Assembly (NCBI GenBank): GCA_023336815.1
Contig: JAMBLJ010000036.1
Span: forward strand, 13,991-77,990
Direction of reading: 5' to 3'
Length of the DNA stretch: 64,000 nt
Origin: Actinomycetes bacterium
Lineage (GTDB): Bacteria; Actinomycetota; Acidimicrobiia; Spongiisociales; UBA5794
The position numbers and the translations under genes were made by a program. Below the pieces are notes generated by a model. It was not told where the DNA came from, searched no databases, and was given only the letters and a program-made list of their open reading frames with translations. Below are positions 57,992 to 64,000 of the stretch, one piece after another (positions within the stretch are counted from its first letter, which is position 1; every line of letters begins with the position of its first letter).

Positions 57992-59798
57992 GGGAAACCT
58001 CCGCTGTGTTCACGAGGACGATCGCACGTGGGGGACACAGTTGAACACACAGGGTGCAACCGGTGCAGGTAATGGGGTCGATGACAACTTTGCGTCGCCC
58101 TTCGAACAGTTCGTCTGACCATACGATCGACGGACATCCTGGTGTCATACATGCCTGGCAGGCGGTGCATGCCTCAGCGAGAACGGTGAACGGTGTGTCT
58201 CTTACCTTCATCGGTGCTTCGACGCACGGCCTGTTCGTGATCACGACCGACGGGCCTGCGTGACTGATAGCGTCCCCGAGCGCTCCGTAGGTTGCTGCGA
58301 GGTCGTACGGATCGATGACCTTCACATCCTTGACCCCGACGGCTGTGCACATCGCAACCAGGTCCACCGGAGTCGCTGCGGTGCCTTGCAGCGTGACTCC
58401 GGTGCCTGGATGTTCCTGGCCGCCGGTCATGGCAGTGGTGCCGTTGTCGAGAATGAGAACCGTGATGTTGGCATGTGCGTACACCGCATCCGCCAGTGCG
58501 GCGACGCCACTGTGGAGGAAGGTCGAGTCTCCGATCGTCGCTACGACCGGTCCATCCGCTCCTCCGGAGGCGGCCATGCCGACTGCCATTCCGATACTGC
58601 TTCCCATCGCGACGCACGTGTCCATCGATGAGAGGGGTTCGAGCGCAGCAAGCGTGTAGCAGCCGATATCACCGGTTACGACTGCGCCCAATCTCTTGAG
58701 TGCCAGGAACGGAGGAGTGTGCGGGCAGCCCGGGCACATCAGCGGTGGTCTTGTGACCGTTGATGGGGCAGCCACGATCGGTATGCCCTTCGATACCAGG
58801 CCTGCTTCCGCAAAGCCGGCCCGGACCACATCCGGACTCAGTTCGCCGATCTGGGGGAAAAGCGACTTGCCCTCCACGTCGATTCCCGCTGCTCGAAGAT
58901 CGTTCTCCACATACGGGTCGAGTTCCTCGACGACGAACAGGCGGTCAACCGAATCGGCGAACCGTCTGATGCGCTCCATGGGGAGCGGATAGCTCATACC
59001 GAGCTTGAGGATGCGTGCATCGGGGAGCACCTCGCGGACGTAGTGGTGTGCGATCCCGGACGTGATGACGCCAAAATCGGTCCCCGATCCGAACGCTTCC
59101 GTGAGCGGACTTTCTTCGACGTAGTCACGCATGTCATCCAGACGCTTCAGTACCACGGGTCGTCGTCTTCGGGCATTTCCTGGGATCATCACGTACTTCG
59201 CTGGATTCTTCGTGAAGCCGAGGACAGGTCGGTCCAGTCGTTCCGCTAGTTCGACAAGACCCCTGTTGTGCGAAACACGTGTGGTCGTACGTACGAGCAC
59301 CGGTGTGTCGAAGGTTTCAGAGATCTCGAAGGCAAGCGCTGTGTATGCCTTTGCCTCAGCACTGTCGCTTGGCTCGAGGAGCGGCACTGCCGCCATGCGA
59401 GCGTACGCCCGGTTGTCCTGCTCGTTCTGGGAACTGTGCATGCCGGGGTCGTCTGCGCTGATCACAACGAGTCCAGCGCCTACGCCCGTATATGCGGCCG
59501 TCATGAACGTGTCGGCCGCCACGTTAAGACCAACATGTTTCATGGTGACGAGAGCCCGTACCCCACCGAGCGACGCTCCGAGTCCCACATCGAGTGCTAC
59601 CTTCTCGTTCGGTGACCAGCGAACGTCGATGTCATCACGATTCGCTATCGATTCGAGGATCTCGGTGCTCGGCGTACCCGGATATCCGACTGCCACGAGC
59701 ACACCCGCTTCGACCGCCCCCCTCGCAACCGCCTCGTTCCCTGACATCAGGACACGAGTGACCTCGTCGGCTTTCGAGGCAGTTGGCGCGGTGATCAC
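57984..59798 (-). CDS. iorA: indolepyruvate:ferredoxin oxidoreductase alpha subunit
   Basis: 604 aa; LMSGNEAVARGAVEAGV...GYPGTPSTEI, TPP-binding domain, C-terminal Cys clusters CTACQACMTPGCP / CTGCTLCVQLCP. Confidence 0.85.
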   Translation of the reverse strand: MITAPTASKADEVTRVLMSGNEAVARGAVEAGVLVAVGYPGTPSTEILESIANRDDIDVRWSPNEKVALDVGLGASLGGVRALVTMKHVGLNVAADTFMTAAYTGVGAGLVVISADDPGMHSSQNEQDNRAYARMAAVPLLEPSDSAEAKAYTALAFEISETFDTPVLVRTTTRVSHNRGLVELAERLDRPVLGFTKNPAKYVMIPGNARRRRPVVLKRLDDMRDYVEESPLTEAFGSGTDFGVITSGIAHHYVREVLPDARILKLGMSYPLPMERIRRFADSVDRLFVVEELDPYVENDLRAAGIDVEGKSLFPQIGELSPDVVRAGFAEAGLVSKGIPIVAAPSTVTRPPLMCPGCPHTPPFLALKRLGAVVTGDIGCYTLAALEPLSSMDTCVAMGSSIGMAVGMAASGGADGPVVATIGDSTFLHSGVAALADAVYAHANITVLILDNGTTAMTGGQEHPGTGVTLQGTAATPVDLVAMCTAVGVKDVKVIDPYDLAATYGALGDAISHAGPSVVITNRPCVEAPMKVRDTPFTVLAEACTACQACMTPGCPSIVWSDELFEGRRKVVIDPITCTGCTLCVQLCPPRAIVLVNTAEVSHA

Positions 59799-61051
59799 TG
59801 TGGTGCGGATGTGCTCAGCAGCGGCATGATCTCGTCCTCTGCGAGGACATGGTCAGATTGCTTTGCTGCGGCGAGGATCTTGTCGACCGTTGCATCGTCG
59901 AAGCTATGTCCGCGTTTCATGAGCCAGGCGACAGCGTTGGCCTTTCCACTCATCGGTCCGACGGTGATCTCCTGCTCACGTCCGAGCTCGTCTGCGGGTA
60001 CGCCGCTGTAGATGCGGTTCGCGAGCCATGTGTCTCCTGTGCGGAGCGCCTTGAGGACGGCAGCGGCGTGGACACCGGTGCTCGTCTCGAACGCGTCCTT
60101 ACCAACACTGGGACAGTTGTTCGGGACAACGGTCTCCGTTGCGGTAGAGATAGCTCGACAGTACTCGGGCAGAGCGTGAAGATCGGTGTCGAGCCATCCG
60201 AGCAGCTTGAGATTCACGAGCAGCGTCTCCATTGGTGTGTTGCCGACGCGTTCGCCGATACCGAGACCGCACCCGTGAACTCTGTGGGCACCAGCCGAAA
60301 GTGCAGCAAGCGAATTGATCACGGACAGGTTGCGATCGCGGTGCCCGTGCCAGTCGATCTTCACCTCTTCGCCGGAATCCGCGACGATCTCGACGGCGAG
60401 AGCAACGAGAGCTCTGGTTCCCCACGGGGTGGCATGCCCGACCGTATCTGAGAGACAGATCCGCCGCGCCCCTGCTTCGATCGCTGTTTGGTACACCTTG
60501 CGTAGAACCTCTGGTCGTGCACGAGTTGTGTCTTCGGTCACGTACATGACCTCGAGCCCCGATTCACGGGCAAGCGTTACGGCATCGTGTGTTGTACGAA
60601 CAAGGAAGTCGACGTCCCACCCCTCAACGAACTGTCTGATGGGGCTTGAGCCGAGGAAGAGGGCGGCCTCTATCGCAACACCCGAGCGTTGCTGCGCCTC
60701 AGCGATAGGAAGGATGTCGGCTGCGTGGGTTCGTCCTGCGCAGTTCGGCTTGACGTTGAGTCCCGCCTTGTCGATCTCGGTTGCAAGCGCTACCACGTGG
60801 TCGAGAACCACCGGATCCGCACCGGGGTACCCGATGTCTGCGGCATGGATGCTGAGGGCTTCGATCCGGTGCAGGATGTCGAGCTTCTCATCAAGGGTTG
60901 GCTGGCGCACGGATGGACTCTGAAGTCCATCCCTGAGGGTTTCGTCGTCGAGTTCAACTTCGGTTGGCGGCGAGATATCGCCTTCTCCTATGAGGTTCCA
61001 GTCGTAGAGCAGCTGTTGTTCCCGTGTCTCGGAGGTTTCTTTCGTGGTCAC
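59795..61051 (-). CDS. DRE-TIM metallolyase, 2-isopropylmalate/homocitrate/citramalate synthase-like (short form, no regulatory domain)
   Basis: DETLRDGLQS, HGHRDRNLSVINSLAALSAGA, GIGERVGNTPME motifs of LeuA/NifV/CimA family; 418 aa; first gene of minus-strand operon. Confidence 0.75.
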   Translation of the reverse strand: MTTKETSETREQQLLYDWNLIGEGDISPPTEVELDDETLRDGLQSPSVRQPTLDEKLDILHRIEALSIHAADIGYPGADPVVLDHVVALATEIDKAGLNVKPNCAGRTHAADILPIAEAQQRSGVAIEAALFLGSSPIRQFVEGWDVDFLVRTTHDAVTLARESGLEVMYVTEDTTRARPEVLRKVYQTAIEAGARRICLSDTVGHATPWGTRALVALAVEIVADSGEEVKIDWHGHRDRNLSVINSLAALSAGAHRVHGCGLGIGERVGNTPMETLLVNLKLLGWLDTDLHALPEYCRAISTATETVVPNNCPSVGKDAFETSTGVHAAAVLKALRTGDTWLANRIYSGVPADELGREQEITVGPMSGKANAVAWLMKRGHSFDDATVDKILAAAKQSDHVLAEDEIMPLLSTSAPQ

Positions 61052-61283
61052 GTCGCCTCCCTGCGCATGTACCGTCCGGCCGTTCGGTTGGCTCCGTTAC
61101 AGGGTCACAGCCAGCCGGACTCCTGACAATCCGCCCGATGTGTCATATTCCTGATACGTCTGCATCAGATGTCGGTTCGGTCATCGGGCCGGGAAAGCGG
61201 GTGATGGGTGGCCCAGAGGGATCGGTGTGGGGTCGATGCATCAGGGAAATGGCGCCCGTGGCTCATTGACGCATCGGTGTGGG

Positions 61284-61781
61284 ATGGAGACACTCGTGGA
61301 GTCGACCGAACGGCCGGACGGTTGCACGATCATCGTGGCTGATCCGACTGGTGAAGGAGGAACATTGAGCGGATCAGCTGTTGCGGTGTCGTTCCGACCA
61401 GCCGAACTGGAGGTGCGACCCGATGGGTCTGGCAACCTCCTCGGGAGCAGATGTCAATCGTGTGGTGCCCACTTCTTCCCGATCAGGGAGGCATGCTCGG
61501 GTTGTCTCAGCAGAGACCTCGACGACGTCAGGTTCTCGACGAACGGAACGCTGTACACGTACTCCGTCGTTCGCCAGTCGACTCCAGCGTTCGAGGTGCC
61601 CTACGTACTCGGCTACGTCGACCTGCCGGAAGGTGTCCGCATCATGGGACAGATCACAGGATGTCCGATCGAGGACATCTCGATCGGCATGGCGGTGGAA
61701 ATGGTGCTTGAACCCTTTGGTACCGATGACGATGGGAACCCTCTCACCGGATTCCGATTCCGACCAGCGGAGGCATCATGA
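61284..61781 (+). CDS. DUF35 OB-fold/Zn-ribbon protein (thiolase partner; BbsA/ChsH2-C-like)
   Basis: Zn-ribbon CQSCGAHFFPIREACSGC followed by OB fold (YTYSVVRQS...GYVDLPEGVRIMGQI); start ATG 61284 or TTG 61365 after GAAGGAGG; stop overlaps thiolase start. Confidence 0.75.
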   Translation: METLVESTERPDGCTIIVADPTGEGGTLSGSAVAVSFRPAELEVRPDGSGNLLGSRCQSCGAHFFPIREACSGCLSRDLDDVRFSTNGTLYTYSVVRQSTPAFEVPYVLGYVDLPEGVRIMGQITGCPIEDISIGMAVEMVLEPFGTDDDGNPLTGFRFRPAEAS

Positions 61782-62923
61782 TGACCGGTGTCCATGTAGT
61801 GGGGGTCGGGATGACCCGGTTCGGGAAACACCCTGACAGCGATGCGACCGACCTCGGATCGGCAGCCCTTCTCGAAGCCATCGACGATGCAGGTATCGAC
61901 GCACGTCTCATCGAATCTGCGTACGTTGGTCACGTGTTCCAGGGAATGGTCACAGGCCAGCGGATCCTGGCACAGGTCGGCCTAGCTGGGCTACCGCTTG
62001 CCAACGTCGAGAACGCGTGCAGCAGCGGAGCTACAGCCATTAGGGAAGCGTCGCTTGCGATCCGGGCGGGTGAGAACGATGTGGTAGTGGCCATCGGCAC
62101 CGAACACCTCACGAGTAAATTCAGCGGGGCGCTGACACCGGATCCGAGCGATCCTGAGGCCGCAGTCGGGGCAACGATGCCTGGTGTATACGCCATGCGC
62201 GCACGTCGGTACATGGAAGAATTCGGGATGACCAGGGAACAGCTCGCGCTGATCCCTGTCAAGAACAAGGCGAACGCTGCGAGGAACCCGCTTGCCCACT
62301 TCCGCAAAGAGATCACCGTTCAAGATGTGCTCGACTCACGCCCGATCGCCGACCCGCTCCATCTGCACGATTGCTCACCCGTGACCGACGGTGCCGCAGC
62401 GGTGATTCTCATGAGCGACAAAGCTGCGAAACGGTTCGCCAACGGAAGGGGTGTTCGGCTTGCTGCGTCAACCCTCCGTTCCGGATCGGTCGATGTCACT
62501 CCCACATCGATGACGTTCGAACCTCTCACCTGGGACACGGCCAAGGATGCTTACGAACGCGCAGGGATCGGTCCTGATGAAGTCGACTTCGCCGAAGTTC
62601 ACGACTGCTTCAGCATCGCAGAGGTGTTGCGTGTCGAGGGGCTCGGTCTCTTCGAACAGGGAACCTACCCCTGGGCAGTCGAACGAGGTGAGGCGAACAT
62701 CGGAGGGCGACTTCCGATCAACCCGAGTGGCGGACTGATCGGCAAGGGTCACCCACTCGGCGGAACCGGTGTCGCACAGGTGGTTGAGGTCGTCAGACAG
62801 CTGCGAGGCGAGTCGGGCGATAGGCAGATCGAGGGCGCCAGGGTTGGTGTTGCCCACTGCCGTGGAGGAAAGGCAGTCGGCATCGAAGGAGCGGCGTGCA
62901 CGGTTCAGATACTGGTTCGCTGA
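61778..62923 (+). CDS. thiolase-like protein, SCP-x/nonspecific lipid-transfer-type (propanoyl-CoA C-acyltransferase-like)
   Basis: VHVVGVGMTRFGKH, active-site region NVENACSSGATAIREA, C-terminal GHPLGGTGVAQVVEV; 381 aa. Confidence 0.85.
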   Translation: MMTGVHVVGVGMTRFGKHPDSDATDLGSAALLEAIDDAGIDARLIESAYVGHVFQGMVTGQRILAQVGLAGLPLANVENACSSGATAIREASLAIRAGENDVVVAIGTEHLTSKFSGALTPDPSDPEAAVGATMPGVYAMRARRYMEEFGMTREQLALIPVKNKANAARNPLAHFRKEITVQDVLDSRPIADPLHLHDCSPVTDGAAAVILMSDKAAKRFANGRGVRLAASTLRSGSVDVTPTSMTFEPLTWDTAKDAYERAGIGPDEVDFAEVHDCFSIAEVLRVEGLGLFEQGTYPWAVERGEANIGGRLPINPSGGLIGKGHPLGGTGVAQVVEVVRQLRGESGDRQIEGARVGVAHCRGGKAVGIEGAACTVQILVR

Positions 62924-62928
62924 CACCC

Positions 62929-64000
62929 GTGGTCCCGAGCGGGCAACCCCTCCCGTTCGTTCTCATGCGGGGAGGAACGAGCAAGGCTGTGTTCCTCCGT
63001 GGCTCAGACCTCCCCCGGGACGTCGACGAGCGTGATGCCACGATTCTCTCGCTGTTCGGAAGCCCGGATCCCAGACAGATCGATGGACTTGGTGGCGCCG
63101 ATCTGCTCACAAGCAAACTGGCAATCATCGACCCACCGACGCACCCCGAGGCGGATATCGACTACACGTTCGCCCAGGTCAGCATCTCGGAAGCGGTCGT
63201 CGACTATGACATCAACTGCGGCAACATCTCTGCCGCCGTTGGTGCCTACGCGGTCGATGAAGGTCTCGTCGTTTCTGTCACGGAGCCGATCACCGTTGTC
63301 CGCATCCACAACACCAACACGGATCGAATCCTCCTTGCCCATGTGCCAACACACGGTGGGCGCGCCGCGGTCGATGGTTCCTATGTCGTTCACGGTGTAC
63401 CGGGGTCCGGTGCGCCGATCGGCCTTGATTTCGGGGCAACGGCAGGTGGCATCACTGGATCGCTCTTCCCGACAGGGAACGTCCTCGATGAACTCGTCAC
63501 CCCCTTTGGGTCGGTGCCAGTCTCCATCGTCGATCTTGCGAACCTGACAGTCTTCTTTGCTGCACGGGATGTTGGGATGGTTGGTACGGAGGGACCATCG
63601 GACATGACCGACGACATGTTCGCCAGGGTTGCAGCGATCAAGGCGGCAGCGGCGGAAGCGCTTGGTATCGACGGTGGCGGGCTGATCCCTGTCCCCGCCA
63701 TGGTTGCGGCACCTGCCAGCTACACGGCCTTTGCGTCTGGAACACGAATCGATGCCGAAGATGTCGATCTTCTTGCGAGGGTCGTTGGCGGTAGACCTCC
63801 TGTCCTGCACAAGGCATACCCTGGCACTCTTGCAGCATGTACCGGTGCAGCTGCCCTCATTTCCGGGACGACGGTCCATCGGGTTGCCAGGCAGCGCGAT
63901 TCAGATGAGGTGAGGATCGGCCACACAAGTGGTGTCATGCCCGTCAGCGCCAGGGTTGCGAGCGATGGGCAGGGGTGGTCTGTTGAGAGTGCGGTGTACA
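62929..64000 (+). CDS. PrpF/AcnD-accessory/3-methylitaconate isomerase family protein (3' partial, runs off window)
   Basis: Own translation: ...VVPSGQPLPFVLMRGGTSKAVFLRGSDLP...DYDINCGNISAAVGAYAV... (PrpF signatures MRGGTSKG and INCGNxSAAVG); no stop before window end; absent from ORF track; start GTG 62929 or ATG 62965. Confidence 0.75.
   Translation, partial: MVPSGQPLPFVLMRGGTSKAVFLRGSDLPRDVDERDATILSLFGSPDPRQIDGLGGADLLTSKLAIIDPPTHPEADIDYTFAQVSISEAVVDYDINCGNISAAVGAYAVDEGLVVSVTEPITVVRIHNTNTDRILLAHVPTHGGRAAVDGSYVVHGVPGSGAPIGLDFGATAGGITGSLFPTGNVLDELVTPFGSVPVSIVDLANLTVFFAARDVGMVGTEGPSDMTDDMFARVAAIKAAAAEALGIDGGGLIPVPAMVAAPASYTAFASGTRIDAEDVDLLARVVGGRPPVLHKAYPGTLAACTGAAALISGTTVHRVARQRDSDEVRIGHTSGVMPVSARVASDGQGWSVESAVY

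Noticed and set aside
63004-63879. 291-aa minus-strand ORF and 182-aa plus ORF (62999..63547) at the window end
   Set aside because: Both are off-frame or antisense to the PrpF-family gene I translated in the third plus frame. That PrpF frame has the strong family motifs MRGGTSKG and INCGNxSAAVG.

Overview
This is a high-GC (about 65-70%), gene-dense bacterial chromosomal window with no transposases, integrases or CRISPR. The gene content looks Actinomycetota-like: an mfd - eno - ftsB-like - DUF501 - ppx/gppA block, NucS/EndoMS, an Eis-like GNAT, F420-type LLM and PPOX-like flavoenzymes, and a menaquinone cluster. I called about 58 CDS plus one tRNA.

Core genes:
- NAD-dependent epimerase, Mfd, a parvulin-type PPIase lipoprotein and a YabN-like MazG.
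- enolase, a septum-formation initiator, DUF501, Ppx/GppA and an EF-G paralog.
- tRNA-Leu(UAA), the rare-codon bldA-type anticodon.
- an ABC-F ATPase, an OmpR/HK two-component pair and menF/menD/menA/menB/menE plus a candidate menH.
- a heterodimeric ABC exporter pair, GltB, SufB and NucS.

Observations that stand out:
1. A roughly 450-bp intergenic region upstream of gltB consists of phased 7-bp tandem repeat arrays with inverted symmetry. It holds 12x AGACAGC, 5x GTTTTCC, then 4x CGGAAAA-type, 6x GCC(A/G)TCA and a 23-bp direct repeat. The same heptamer family (4x CAGACAC) forms the last codons of gltB, followed by an 11-bp-stem hairpin, and no gltD follows.
2. A translationally coupled operon of about 12 genes on the minus strand (49.4-61.0 kb) links a LeuA-like DRE-TIM synthase, indolepyruvate:ferredoxin oxidoreductase (with an IorB-ferredoxin fusion) and a three-subunit 2-oxoacid:ferredoxin oxidoreductase. 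The same operon continues with a TetR regulator, a family-III CoA-transferase, an enoyl-CoA hydratase, an SDR and an archaeal-type LeuC/LeuD dehydratase, with a Cys-rich PAS-LuxR regulator downstream. A DUF35 - SCP-x thiolase - PrpF-family isomerase operon is divergently transcribed from the LeuA-like end. The PrpF gene is missing from the ORF track because it runs off the window. Together these look like an undescribed hybrid of 2-alkylmalate/methylcitrate-type chemistry, bbs-like beta-oxidation and ferredoxin-dependent 2-oxoacid oxidation.
3. A hemerythrin-like protein is convergent with the PAS-LuxR, whose PAS domain carries five clustered cysteines.
4. tRNA-Leu(UAA) lies next to two tandem PLDc_N-SHOCT small membrane proteins and a GGDEF-EAL protein.
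5. An ArsR/CadC-type metalloregulator is divergent from a CadI/ArsI-like VOC protein, with two 9-2-9 palindromic operator candidates in the 69-bp intergenic region.
6. A Pat-type GNAT-(NDP-forming acyl-CoA synthetase) fusion has the GNAT domain N-terminal.
7. An orphan sufB, lacking sufCDS, lies immediately upstream of nucS.

Many long antisense or off-frame ORFs in the six-frame track are high-GC artefacts and were rejected.
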